Virus record (IMG/VR): IMGVR_UViG_3300005613_000002
Coordinates: 124,001-188,000 of that record
Length of the DNA stretch: 64,000 bases
Direction: 5' to 3' (one strand)
Shown here: positions 9,331 to 19,760 of the stretch, one piece after another
Layout: each line of letters starts with the position of its first letter
Position numbering within the stretch: position 1 is the first letter of the stretch
The notes under the pieces: generated by a model
The model's input: only the letters and a program-made list of their open reading frames with translations
The model's database searches: none
What the model was told of the DNA's origin: nothing
Program-made: the position numbers and the translations under genes

Positions 9331-9624
9331 ATGAAAGCAAAAAGAATTATTGATGAAACCACAAATCGTGGTGATTTTAATCGTGCATATAAAAGTTATT
9401 TAGCACAGACAGGGAAAATTCGTTGTGGTTATTGTAAATATAATCGTAGTTGTAATAATCCTAGTCATTATGGTGGTTATGAGGATGATAAAAATGGTTT
9501 AAGATATCCTAGTTGGAAATTAGTTTCAAAAAATAGAAAACAATGGATGGAAAAACCGTTAAAGAAAACAACCAGAACAATTATGAGAAATAGTTCTGAT
9601 TATATCACTTTCAAATGGAAGTGA
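9331..9624 (+). CDS. Small basic hypothetical protein with CxxC motif
   Basis: 97 aa ORF. Confidence 0.5.
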   Translation: MKAKRIIDETTNRGDFNRAYKSYLAQTGKIRCGYCKYNRSCNNPSHYGGYEDDKNGLRYPSWKLVSKNRKQWMEKPLKKTTRTIMRNSSDYITFKWK

Positions 9625-9629
9625 TTTAT

Positions 9630-9702
9630 GGCGAGTTAGCTCAATCGGTAGAGCGTTGGCTTCATAAACCAAAGGCAGAGGGTTCAAATCCCTCACTCGC
9701 TA
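9630..9702 (+). tRNA. tRNA-Met(CAT), elongator-like
   Basis: TT-CAT-AA loop, GGCGAGT acceptor. Confidence 0.8.
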
Positions 9703-9717
9703 CAATTAATCCCAACA

Positions 9718-10161
9718 TTAAAAACTTATAGTACAAGTATTGTCTTTAAAATCAAAATTTAAACTATTCACATATAAACCACCATTTAAACTTAATGTTG
9801 CTTCATTTACAACAAATTTCCATTCAATTTCAGATATATCTTTATCATTAGTTTGGTCAACAGCATCAGTTTGCTTGTTATTGTAATTTAATGTGTATGT
9901 TCCTTCAACAGTATCACCAACAACAATAAAATTCTCAACACCATAATCATTTAACCAAAAAACAATATGCCAATTAATTTTTACATTACTTTTTTCAATG
10001 TTTAGGTCATAATCGTTTGAAAACCCTTCGTAGTTTTGAAATGTTGAATTATTAAATTCTTGACTGAATTTGAAGTTTTCATGTGCCATTGAGATTGATT
10101 CATTTAAAAAATCTGATATTTCTTCATTTATTAAATTATCTATGTTTATTTTATTTTTCAT
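9718..10161 (-). CDS. Hypothetical protein with N-terminal LINEEI motif
   Basis: 147 aa ORF; GTATTTAT upstream on the minus strand. Confidence 0.6.
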   Translation of the reverse strand: MKNKINIDNLINEEISDFLNESISMAHENFKFSQEFNNSTFQNYEGFSNDYDLNIEKSNVKINWHIVFWLNDYGVENFIVVGDTVEGTYTLNYNNKQTDAVDQTNDKDISEIEWKFVVNEATLSLNGGLYVNSLNFDFKDNTCTISF

Positions 10162-10221
10162 TATAATATGGATTTTTTATAAATACTTGTATTCTAGTAA
10201 AAAAATATCAATATTTGCATT

Positions 10222-10728
10222 ATGAAACAAGAATACACTTCGGCAAAATCATCAATAAAACAAATACCAGCAGGATTTAATATTGTAGATAAACATTTTG
10301 GTTGGCAACCAAACACATATAATTTAGATATTGGTGGTGGTAAATATGATTTGATGACTAAAAAATTAGCTGAGAAAAGTGTAACAAATTTAATCTATGA
10401 CCCGTATAATAGAAGTGTTGAAGAAAATGAGTTAGCTAAATATTTATGTGTTAACATGAAATTTAATACAGTAACTATTTTTAATGTGTTAAATGTTATC
10501 AAAGAATTAGAATGCCAATTAGAGGCTATTAGACTAGCATATGACTCACTTAAACCAAAAGGGTATGTATTTGTTAGGTCAACATATATGAACCCAAAAA
10601 AAGCATCAGGAGTAACTAAATCTGGTACATATCAACATTATTTAACACAACAAGATTACTTACAAATAGTAAAACAAATATTTACTAACGCCAAATTAAA
10701 ATATGGTATAATATATGCAAAAAAATGA
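10222..10728 (+). CDS. SAM-dependent methyltransferase
   Basis: NLDIGGGK motif I, YDPYN, NVLNVI, LKPKG. Confidence 0.75.
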   Translation: MKQEYTSAKSSIKQIPAGFNIVDKHFGWQPNTYNLDIGGGKYDLMTKKLAEKSVTNLIYDPYNRSVEENELAKYLCVNMKFNTVTIFNVLNVIKELECQLEAIRLAYDSLKPKGYVFVRSTYMNPKKASGVTKSGTYQHYLTQQDYLQIVKQIFTNAKLKYGIIYAKK

Positions 10729-11762
10729 TTAATAAAGAAGAAATTATTGTTAATGAAAAGCATTGGCGAAATATGACAGCTAACGAGTTGGAAATATTTA
10801 CTAATAAAATCTTTCAATATTATAGAGAAACTGGTTTTCCATATTATCCAACAGATAATGAATCAAGAGAAAAGGATTTCAATAAATTAATAAAATTTAC
10901 GGAGTTAGCAAAATCTGACCCAACAATATTAATTAATAATAATATTATTAAACAAACCATGCATGGTTTAGGTTTGGCGTGGTCGTATTTTCCACATGCT
11001 TTTAATGTTTCATCGAATAATAAAAAAACACCATATGAAGCATTTATGGATGATGAAATTTTTATGAAGGTAATTAAGAAACGACTTATAATGGGAACAT
11101 ATATAAGTGATTCTGGAATACGAAAAATGTTAAAAATATTTTCTGGGGTTCAAGGTGTTTCTAATTTTAGACCAACGGCAGCAGCAGCAATTTATAATAA
11201 ATTTGCAAAGAATGGTGTTGTTTGGGATATGTCTGGAGGTTGGGGTGGTAGACTACTTGGAGCTATTGCTAGTGGTGTTGATACGTATATTGCAACTGAA
11301 CCATCAATAAAGACATTTAATGGGTTGGTAGAGTTAGGTGATGATTTTTCTGGTGATACCGACTTTGAGATTCATCTAAATGGAAGTGAAAATTTTAAAC
11401 CATTTTACAATAGTTTAGATTTATGTTTCACATCTCCACCATATTTTGATTTAGAAAAATATGCTGATGAACCAACACAAAGTTATGTAAAGTATGACAA
11501 TAAAGAAGCATGGGTTGAAGGGTTTTTAAGACCAACATTTAAAAATTGTCACTATGGTTTAAAACCAGATGGTGTAATGTTGATTAATATTGCTGATATG
11601 AAAGGTAAACACAACATTAATTTAGAATCAGAAACAATTAAAATAGCTGAAGAAGTTGGATTTAGACATGTTGAAACATTTAAATTAGCATTATCAAATG
11701 TTAATTTGCGAGATAAAGAAAAAATGTTTAAATTTGAACCGATTTTTATGTTTATAAAATAA
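10725..11762 (+). CDS. DNA amino-methyltransferase (N4-C or N6-A)
   Basis: DMSGGWGGR and FTSPPYF motifs. Confidence 0.8.
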   Translation: MINKEEIIVNEKHWRNMTANELEIFTNKIFQYYRETGFPYYPTDNESREKDFNKLIKFTELAKSDPTILINNNIIKQTMHGLGLAWSYFPHAFNVSSNNKKTPYEAFMDDEIFMKVIKKRLIMGTYISDSGIRKMLKIFSGVQGVSNFRPTAAAAIYNKFAKNGVVWDMSGGWGGRLLGAIASGVDTYIATEPSIKTFNGLVELGDDFSGDTDFEIHLNGSENFKPFYNSLDLCFTSPPYFDLEKYADEPTQSYVKYDNKEAWVEGFLRPTFKNCHYGLKPDGVMLINIADMKGKHNINLESETIKIAEEVGFRHVETFKLALSNVNLRDKEKMFKFEPIFMFIK

Positions 11763-11767
11763 CACTA

Positions 11768-12856
11768 ATGAAAATACTAGAAAAAATAGATTGGAGTGTC
11801 TTAGACACATATATTGAAAATAATTTAATTGTTTCAAACAAACATCCAGATTATGATATTTGGATATTAAATTATTCACCAAAAACACAATATAATCAAT
11901 TATGGGATGAATATACTTTATCTTGTCGTGGACTTATTATTGATGCAGAAGGTAATATATTAGGTAGACCATTTCAAAAATTTAAAAATTTCGAAGAATA
12001 TGACCCATCAGAAATTGATATGTCAAAAAAATATGAAATCTTTGAAAAAATGGATGGTTCGTTAATTATTTTATTTTATTACTCTGTGACTAATGAATGG
12101 ATTGTTGCAAGTAGAGGCTCATTCATATCTGAACAATCAGATGAAGCAAGAAAAATGCTTAATAAAATTGACAATATTTTTAGTAAATTAAGTAATAATT
12201 TCACATACATATTTGAAATATTATATGCTGAAAATAGAATAGTCGTTAACTATGGAAATAGATGGGAACTAGTAATGTTAAGTTGTATCGACACTGTTAC
12301 TGGTATTGAATTGAAACATAAAAATTTAGTTGGTGGATATTCTGATTATTTTTCAATTGTGAAAAAATATGATCTAAAAGTTAATGATTTATTTGAACTT
12401 AAAAAACTTGATGAAAATAATAGAGAAGGTTTTGTGATTAGGTTTGAGGATGGTTTTAGAATTAAAGTTAAATTTGAAGAATATGTGAGATTACACGGTA
12501 TTCTTACAAATGTGTCTAATGTTACAGTTTGGGAACACTTAATGAATAAATATGATTTTGAATTATTATCAGATAGAGTTCCAGATGAAATGTATACTTG
12601 GTTAAATAAAACTATAAGTAAATTACAAATAGAATATAATGAAATTGAAAGATTAGCACTAAAAGAATTTGTGAGAATTTATCATATAAATAATATTACA
12701 ACTCGTAAAGAATTTGCAATGGAAGCATTGAAAAGTAAATATCGTTCAATATTATTTAATGTGTTTGATAGAAAATCTTATGATATCATCATATGGAAAA
12801 TGATAAAACCAATTCGTAGCACACCATTTAGAGATGGTTATGAATATATTGCTTAA
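11768..12856 (+). CDS. T4 Rnl1-like RNA ligase
   Basis: CRGLI, KFKN, EKMDGS (motif I), FE, NRIVV, EGFV, KVK. Confidence 0.85.
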   Translation: MKILEKIDWSVLDTYIENNLIVSNKHPDYDIWILNYSPKTQYNQLWDEYTLSCRGLIIDAEGNILGRPFQKFKNFEEYDPSEIDMSKKYEIFEKMDGSLIILFYYSVTNEWIVASRGSFISEQSDEARKMLNKIDNIFSKLSNNFTYIFEILYAENRIVVNYGNRWELVMLSCIDTVTGIELKHKNLVGGYSDYFSIVKKYDLKVNDLFELKKLDENNREGFVIRFEDGFRIKVKFEEYVRLHGILTNVSNVTVWEHLMNKYDFELLSDRVPDEMYTWLNKTISKLQIEYNEIERLALKEFVRIYHINNITTRKEFAMEALKSKYRSILFNVFDRKSYDIIIWKMIKPIRSTPFRDGYEYIA

Positions 12857-13003
12857 ATATAATTAACTGAAAAACAATAAGATATAAATTAATTTAATGG
12901 TTTTTAAAAAAAGATTAAAATTTTGTTGTTTGTTACGTATTTATGACATATATTTGTACCTCAATTTAGAGAATAGAAAACAACAATTATTAAATACAAA
13001 AAA

Positions 13004-13084
13004 ATGAAAACTAATAAAACATATTACGGTTATAAATCATATAAGAAAAATCTTATTGATATCGGGATTGTTTTGTTAAATTGA
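13004..13084 (+). CDS. Leader peptide 2 (MKTNKTYYGYKSYKKNLIDIGIVLLN), putative attenuator
   Basis: 26-codon Tyr/Lys-rich ORF; ATCGGG (13061-13066) complementary to terminator CCCGAT; TATATTTG and GTATTTAT motifs upstream. Confidence 0.8.
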   Translation: MKTNKTYYGYKSYKKNLIDIGIVLLN

Positions 13085-13119
13085 TAACAAAGTATAAACA
13101 ATGATTTTATATAAACATT

Positions 13120-13150
13120 GAGACCCGATTCGAAAGATTCGGGTCTTTTT
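13120..13150 (+). terminator. Attenuator terminator 2
   Basis: AGACCCGA / TCGGGTCT hairpin with U-tract. Confidence 0.85.
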
Positions 13151-13365
13151 GTTTTATAGTAAATTGTGAAAATATTGAAAGTTATTTGAAATTGTGATAG
13201 AAAATTTAAATGAAAAATTATTAAATGAATTTGTGTAACATACGCAATCGTGAGATAAAAAAACAAGAACAGTGGAAGGTGCTGACAGGCATTGATTCGG
13301 GAAATAATTTAGTAGGTTGGGTAAGTATAAAACAAAAGTAAAATAATGAGTAGACATACTAATAG

Positions 13366-13450
13366 ACATTTGTAGCTCAGTTGGTAGAGCAAGGGAACAC
13401 GTTTGCGTATCTTTAATCCCTGTGCGTAGGTTCGAATCCTACTGAATGTA
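13366..13450 (+). tRNA. tRNA-Lys-like gene with 20-nt expanded anticodon loop
   Basis: AGGGA/TCCCT stem encloses ACACGTTTGCGTATCTTTAA. Confidence 0.6.
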
Positions 13451-13471
13451 AGAACCTATTAGTATGAAGTT

Positions 13472-13552
13472 GGATAGGTAGGTAAGTGGTTAAAACGGGT
13501 GGACTGTAAATCCATTGCTTCGGCTTCGGGGGTTCGAATCCCTCTCTATCCA
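13472..13552 (+). tRNA. tRNA-Tyr(GTA)
   Basis: GTGGA-CT-GTA-AA-TCCAT arm; long variable arm. Confidence 0.9.
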
Positions 13553-13586
13553 CAACAGGTTACTAAATAATAGTAACATTAATGAT

Positions 13587-13661
13587 ACACCTGTAGCTCA
13601 GATGGCAGGTAGCTACGCCCTTTTAAGGCGAAGGTCATGGGTTCGAGTCCCATCAGGTGTA
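13587..13661 (+). tRNA. tRNA-Lys(TTT)
   Basis: CGCC-CT-TTT-AA-GGCG arm. Confidence 0.85.
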
Positions 13662-13788
13662 CTTCGAGATATTTTGCAGTTTTTGACTCTTTCAATAAAA
13701 ACTGAGAATAGTGGACAAGGTACGAAAGGAATTTCCAAATGTCAGAGATAATTTCAATGACGTGAACTAACCAATAATGTTCACAAAC

Positions 13789-13872
13789 GGGTAGGTATGC
13801 AAATTGGTGAAGCAAGCGGTCTGTAAAACCGTGACGTAAGAGACAATGGCGGTTCGAGTCCGTCCCTGCCCA
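13789..13872 (+). tRNA. tRNA-Tyr(GTA)
   Basis: GCGGT-CT-GTA-AA-ACCGT arm; long variable arm. Confidence 0.9.
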
Positions 13873-13901
13873 CATTACTAAAAAATAGTAATAATAGGCA
13901 T

Positions 13902-13976
13902 TCCCCTATAGCTCAGTTGGTTTAGAGCACCTCACTTTTAATGAGGGAGTCCTCGGTTCGAGTCCGAGTGGGGGAA
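13902..13976 (+). tRNA. tRNA-Lys(TTT)
   Basis: CCTCA-CT-TTT-AA-TGAGG arm. Confidence 0.9.
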
Positions 13977-14058
13977 CTAAATATTTTAATTTTCCTTGCA
14001 ATTATAATTATTTTTTGTTATTTTTAATTAAAATAATTCTATATAAGTATTAATAAAT

Positions 14059-14760
14059 ATGACAAAGAAAATTAAAAAAACAAAAACTGTAGTTACAACA
14101 GTAATAGAAGAAAATGTAACAAATGAAAAAACACACATTATTTGTATTTTAGACCGTTCTGGGTCAATGACTAAAATCATGGATGATTCAATTGGTGGTT
14201 TTAATACATTCCTAAAAAAACAAAGAGAATTACCAGATGATGCAACTATAACTATTTCAATATTTGATGATAGATATGAAGTATTATTTGATAATGTTGA
14301 TATTAAATCAGTTAAAGATTTAACTAACAAGGAATGGTATCCAAGAGGTACTACTGGATTATATGATGCAATTGGAAAAACAATTAATAACACCAAAGCA
14401 GAATTTGAAAAACTTGGTGATGAAAAACCATCAAAAGTATTAGTTTGTATAGTAACTGATGGACAAGAAAATTCAAGTAGAGAATATCAACTTGATGATA
14501 TAAAAAAATTAATTGGTGATTGCGAAAATGATAATTGGAACTTTATGTATTTAGCAGCAAACCAAGATGCATTTGCAGTTGGAACATCATTTGGTGTGTC
14601 TGCTGGTAATACATTTACATATAAAGCAAATGGAACTGGTGTTCAAAGTATGAGTAATACTTTGAATAACGCAACAGTTAGTTATAGATCAATGTCATCT
14701 AATATGAGTAGTTTTGCTGATTCTTCAAAAAATTTAATTGATAATATTTCTAAAGAATAA
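14059..14760 (+). CDS. vWA domain protein
   Basis: MIDAS motif ILDRSGSM, TGLYDAIG, IVTDGQENSS. Confidence 0.85.
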   Translation: MTKKIKKTKTVVTTVIEENVTNEKTHIICILDRSGSMTKIMDDSIGGFNTFLKKQRELPDDATITISIFDDRYEVLFDNVDIKSVKDLTNKEWYPRGTTGLYDAIGKTINNTKAEFEKLGDEKPSKVLVCIVTDGQENSSREYQLDDIKKLIGDCENDNWNFMYLAANQDAFAVGTSFGVSAGNTFTYKANGTGVQSMSNTLNNATVSYRSMSSNMSSFADSSKNLIDNISKE

Positions 14761-14994
14761 ATATTATATATTTTTTATAACTATAATAATTGGGATGGTT
14801 TTTACTATCCCTTTTTCATTAAATAATCATTAATATTATTCACAAAAAAAACGTAAAAGTCTATACCACAAATCCTTAAAAAATATCGAAAAATTAATTT
14901 AAAATAAACTCTAAAGTTTATCAAAACCCTTGTATTTATTGAAACAAATAAATATATTTGCAATAATAATTTATAATAAAAATTTATAAAAAAT

Positions 14995-17547
14995 ATGGGA
15001 AAAAACGTTAAAACTTATCCTAGAAAAGAAGTTGAAAAAGCTACTTTAGAATATTTTAATGGTGATGAACTTGCTCGTGATTCATGGATAAAGAAATACT
15101 GTCTAAAACAAAATGACACACTATATGAGCTAACACCAGATGATATGCATCGAAGAATAGCTAAAGAATTAGCAAGAATAGAATCTAAATATCCTAATCC
15201 ATTAAGTGAAGAAGAAATTTTCCAAACAATTAAACAATTTAAGCGAATTATTCCACAAGGTTCACCAATGTCTGGTATTGGAAATGATTATCAAGTCGTA
15301 TCATTAGGAAATTGTTTTGTGATTGGAAATAATGCTGACTCATATGGTGGGATTATGAGAATCGATGAAGAACAGGCTCAATTAATGAAACGTAGAGGTG
15401 GTGTTGGTCATGATTTATCTAAAATTAGACCAGAATTAACACCTGTAAAAAATACAGCAATTAGTTCAACAGGAATTGTTCCATTTATGGAAAGATATTC
15501 TAATTCAACTAAAGAAACTGCACAATCTGGTAGAAGGGGTGCATTAATGTTGTCAGTATCAATCAAACATCCAGATTCAGAAGCGTTTATAGATGCGAAG
15601 ATGACTGAGGGTAAAATCACTGGTGCTAATGTTTCAGTTAAAATTCATGATGATTTTATGGAATCGATTATTGATAATAAAAAATATAAACAACAATTCC
15701 CTATTGATTCAAATAACCCAATTTTTGAAAAAACCGTTGATGCTGGAAAAATATGGAAAAAGATAGTTCATAATGCTTGGAAATCAGCAGAACCCGGGAT
15801 TCTATTTTGGGATAAAATTATAAATGAATCAATTCCATCATGTTACGGTAAAATATGGACTGAAACAAGTACAAATCCATGTGGTGAATTACCATTACCA
15901 CCTTATGATTCTTGTAGATTACTTTCTGTAAATTTATTTGATTATGTAGTTAATCCGTTTACCCCAGAAGCATATTTCAATTGGGAATTATTTAAAAGTG
16001 ATGTTGAAAAAGCATTAAAATATATGGATGATATTGTTGATTTGGAAATTGAGAAAATCAATAAAATTATCGAAAAAATAGATTCTGACCCAGAAGACGA
16101 AGAAATTAAATGGATTGAACGTAAGTTATGGAAAAAAATTCGAGAAATGACAAGTCTTGGACGTAGAACTGGACTTGGAATTACTGGAGAAGGTGATATG
16201 ATTGCTGGAATGAATTTACGTTATGGTACTGATAAAGCAACTGATTTTGCTGAAGAAGTTCATAAACAATTAAAATTAAGCGCATATCGTTCATCAGTTA
16301 AATTGGGTAAAGAACGTGGTGCTTTCCCAATATATGATAGTAATCTTGAAAAAAATAATCCATTTCTTTTAAGAATAAAAGATGAAGACCCTGAGTTATA
16401 TGATGATATGTTGAAATATGGTCGCAGAAATATTGCATTATTAACTATAGCTCCAACTGGAACAGCTTCATTAATGACTCAAACAACATCAGGTATTGAG
16501 CCAGTGTTTTTACCAGTATATAAACGAAGACGTAAAATTAACCCAAATGAAAAAAACGTCAAAATTGATTTTGTTGAGGAAGGTATTGCTTGGCAAGAAT
16601 ATATTGTTTTCCATCATAAATTTGAATTATGGTTAAAAATAAATGATTATGATGTCGATGTAGTTAAAACAATGAGCAAAGAACAATTAGATGAAATAGT
16701 TAAAAAATCACCATATTATAAAGCAACATCTAATGATATTGATTGGGTTAAAAAAGTTGAAATGCAAGGTCGAATTCAAAGACACATTGACCATTCAATT
16801 TCAGTAACTGTTAATTTACCGAAAAATGCTACAGAAGAAATTGTTGGGAAAGTTTATGAAACTGGTTGGCGTACAGGATGTAAAGGAATTACTGTTTATC
16901 GTGATGGTAGTAGAAGTGGTGTTTTGATTGGTGTTGATGAAGAAGATAATAAAACAATCAAAGATATTCATGCACCAAAAAGACCGAAAAGATTAAAAGG
17001 TGAAATTCATCATTTTCAAAATTCATTAGAAAAATGGATTGCTGTTGTTGGTATTAAAGATGGAAGACCATATGAAATATTTACAGGTAAATATGAAAAT
17101 GGTCTAAGTAAATTATCAACAACAATTACTGAATGTGAAATTGTAAAGAATATTGTTGATGTCGAAGAAATTATTGATGGAAAGTCGATTAATGTAAGAA
17201 CAAAACGATATGATATTGAATATCTTGATAGTAATGGTGAAAAACATGTACATACTGGACTTAATCATGCATTCAATCCAGAATTTTGGAACTATGCTAA
17301 ATTAATTTCAGGAATTTTAAGGCATGGTATGCCAATTAAATATATTCATGAATTAATTAATTCACTTAGTTTTAAAGAAGATTATATTAACACATGGAAA
17401 AATGGTGTTGGTCGTGTAATAAAAAGATATATTAAAGATGGTGAAAAAGCCAATGGTGTTTGTCTTGACTGTGGAAGTGGTGAGCATCTTGAATATAAAG
17501 AAGGTTGCTTAACTTGCATGGCATGTGGTTCATCTAAATGTGGATAA
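14995..17547 (+). CDS. nrdJ: Class II (adenosylcobalamin-dependent) ribonucleotide reductase
   Basis: GNCFV, TNPCGELPL, TIAPTGT, SGIEP, KGITVYRDGSR and C-terminal Cys cluster. Confidence 0.92.
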   Translation: MGKNVKTYPRKEVEKATLEYFNGDELARDSWIKKYCLKQNDTLYELTPDDMHRRIAKELARIESKYPNPLSEEEIFQTIKQFKRIIPQGSPMSGIGNDYQVVSLGNCFVIGNNADSYGGIMRIDEEQAQLMKRRGGVGHDLSKIRPELTPVKNTAISSTGIVPFMERYSNSTKETAQSGRRGALMLSVSIKHPDSEAFIDAKMTEGKITGANVSVKIHDDFMESIIDNKKYKQQFPIDSNNPIFEKTVDAGKIWKKIVHNAWKSAEPGILFWDKIINESIPSCYGKIWTETSTNPCGELPLPPYDSCRLLSVNLFDYVVNPFTPEAYFNWELFKSDVEKALKYMDDIVDLEIEKINKIIEKIDSDPEDEEIKWIERKLWKKIREMTSLGRRTGLGITGEGDMIAGMNLRYGTDKATDFAEEVHKQLKLSAYRSSVKLGKERGAFPIYDSNLEKNNPFLLRIKDEDPELYDDMLKYGRRNIALLTIAPTGTASLMTQTTSGIEPVFLPVYKRRRKINPNEKNVKIDFVEEGIAWQEYIVFHHKFELWLKINDYDVDVVKTMSKEQLDEIVKKSPYYKATSNDIDWVKKVEMQGRIQRHIDHSISVTVNLPKNATEEIVGKVYETGWRTGCKGITVYRDGSRSGVLIGVDEEDNKTIKDIHAPKRPKRLKGEIHHFQNSLEKWIAVVGIKDGRPYEIFTGKYENGLSKLSTTITECEIVKNIVDVEEIIDGKSINVRTKRYDIEYLDSNGEKHVHTGLNHAFNPEFWNYAKLISGILRHGMPIKYIHELINSLSFKEDYINTWKNGVGRVIKRYIKDGEKANGVCLDCGSGEHLEYKEGCLTCMACGSSKCG

Positions 17548-17834
17548 TTATCAATTAATCAAGAAATTTGCTTTAAATTATTAGCAAATTTCTTGATTAT
17601 ATAAAAATTTATTTTAATTTTGTTCTAAATTAAATTAATATGATTAATCTTGAAAACAGAATTTCCCAAAGTAATGATAATGAAATTCGTATTAATGGTT
17701 ATTTCTTAACTATTGATGATTTAACTGCATTATCCAGAGATTTTATGGTTGATTGTCGTGATGGTTATGTTAGTTATGATATTTCATATATTGAAGCATG
17801 GCTAAAGAAACATAAACAAATCGTAAAATAAAAA

Positions 17835-19133
17835 ATGAATAGAGGATTCAATTTTAGGGTTTACCCAACTGAAAAACAACGTGAATATTTTAATGAATGT
17901 TTTAGAATTTCAAATTTCATTTATAATTATTCTTTAAGACAACAAATAGACATATCTGAAAGTTTAGATGATATGGGAATTAAAGACAAAGAAGAAAGAA
18001 ATAAATATATGACAGTTAATAAATTATATTTCAATAAATATAAAATGAGTAATTTATTAACTCAAATGTCTAAAACAGAAGAATATTCCTTTTTAAATAT
18101 CAATTCTTTATTAAGAGGTTATTCGTTAAGACAAATTGATAATGCTTTTAAAAATATGAGAAAAACTGGTGCTGGTTTTCCTAAATTTAAAAATAGATTA
18201 TCAAAAAAAACATATTCTAGTCAAATTCAAAAAAGAACTAAATTTCATTTAAATTTAAATAATGAAAAATTTGGATATTTATCGACACATAAAATTGATA
18301 AATTAAAAATATCATGTCATGATGAATATTTTAGAAAAAATTATAAAGATAATACAAAAATTAAATTAAATTCATTTACTATTACAAATAAAGGTAATCA
18401 ATATCATATATCAATTCAGGTAGATGTTATTGACCCAAATTTTAATTTAAAACATAAAGAAAGTGAAATTAATGAAAATTCATCAATAGGAATTGATTTA
18501 GGAGTTAAAAGACCAATTACTACATCAAATATTAATGATTTCGATGAAAAAATATTTTCAACTCAAATACAATTATTAAAAACGTATAGTGAAGAATTAA
18601 AAAAATTATCATCAATATTAAATAAAAAACGTGATTACCATAAAAAAAATAAAACAGATATTAAATATTGGGAAAGTGTTAATTATATTAGAATAAAAAA
18701 TAAAATTAGTTCACTACATATTAAAATTGGTAATATTAGAAGTAATATTCAACATAATATAACAAAAAAATTAATTAATTTAGATAATGTTGATTCATAT
18801 ATTCTTGAAGAATTAAAAACTAAAAATATGATGAAACGTAGTGGGAAAGGTTTATCTAATAATAAAAGTGGGTTAAATAGAGTACTTAGTGATGTTGGAT
18901 TATATGGAATAAGAGAAAAATTAACATATAAAGCTGAACGTATTGGTAAAAATGTTATTACAGTACCACCACAATATACTTCACAAAAATGTTCGAATTG
19001 TGGTCATATTAATAAGAAAAATAGAAAATCTCAAAGCAAATTTAATTGTGTTAAATGTGGTTTTAAAATTAATGCAGATTTAAATGCTGCGATAAATATA
19101 AAAGATAAATATTTTAAAAAAAATGTTGTTTAA
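17835..19133 (+). CDS. TnpB/Cas12f-like RNA-guided nuclease (compact type V effector candidate)
   Basis: OrfB HTH RVYPTEKQ, RuvC-I GIDLG, RuvC-II LEEL, CSNC/CVKC Zn finger, RuvC-III NADLNAAINI; CRISPR array 200 nt downstream. Confidence 0.85.
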   Translation: MNRGFNFRVYPTEKQREYFNECFRISNFIYNYSLRQQIDISESLDDMGIKDKEERNKYMTVNKLYFNKYKMSNLLTQMSKTEEYSFLNINSLLRGYSLRQIDNAFKNMRKTGAGFPKFKNRLSKKTYSSQIQKRTKFHLNLNNEKFGYLSTHKIDKLKISCHDEYFRKNYKDNTKIKLNSFTITNKGNQYHISIQVDVIDPNFNLKHKESEINENSSIGIDLGVKRPITTSNINDFDEKIFSTQIQLLKTYSEELKKLSSILNKKRDYHKKNKTDIKYWESVNYIRIKNKISSLHIKIGNIRSNIQHNITKKLINLDNVDSYILEELKTKNMMKRSGKGLSNNKSGLNRVLSDVGLYGIREKLTYKAERIGKNVITVPPQYTSQKCSNCGHINKKNRKSQSKFNCVKCGFKINADLNAAINIKDKYFKKNVV

Positions 19134-19335
19134 ATCGAATATTGTAATTATATTCGCATATTGAAATAAAGTTCTTTGAAAGATAAATATTAAAATCATG
19201 TGGGTGATGTGGCATCCGAGATTTAAAAAAATAAAGTTCTTAGTAAATAAAGCAATTTTATCTCCAATAGGATTTAAAAAATGAATTGAATTTATGATTA
19301 TAGAATTGAATCTTACTACTTTTATAAATGTATTA

Positions 19336-19666
19336 TAACTACAACGATGTCTTCGCATCATTCCATTGACATTCTGGTAGTGTTTACCTAAAAAAGTAAG
19401 GTAACTACAACCTACCCATAACATAAACGTTTTCAGATTTCGGTAGTGTTTACCTAAAAAAGTAAGGTAACTACAACCAGCAAATGTTTTATAGTTTTTA
19501 CCATCAAGGTAGTGTTTACCTAAAAAAGTAAGGTAACTACAACAAGTGAACTACAAGAAATATACAGCGAATTGGTAGTGTTTACCTAAAAAAGTAAGGT
19601 AACTACAACATTTCCAATCGTAAGATATTTTGGGTTGTGTTTACTAAAAAGTATGGAAACTACAAT
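19336..19666. CRISPR. Mini CRISPR array, 36-nt repeat GGTAGTGTTTACCTAAAAAAGTAAGGTAACTACAAC
   Basis: Identical repeats at 19376, 19442, 19508 and 19574; 30-nt spacers; partial repeat TAACTACAAC 19336-19345; degenerate repeat ~19633-19666. Confidence 0.92.
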
Positions 19667-19760
19667 GATGATGGTGCAATGAATTGGGGTAGTTTGAAAA
19701 AGACAATTGTAATAAAATTGTAATAAAATTGAAATAAAAATTGAAATAAAAATTGAAAAA

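Noticed and set aside
17835-19133. IS200/IS605 insertion sequence
   Set aside because: No tnpA or recognisable IS ends; the gene is associated with a CRISPR array instead.
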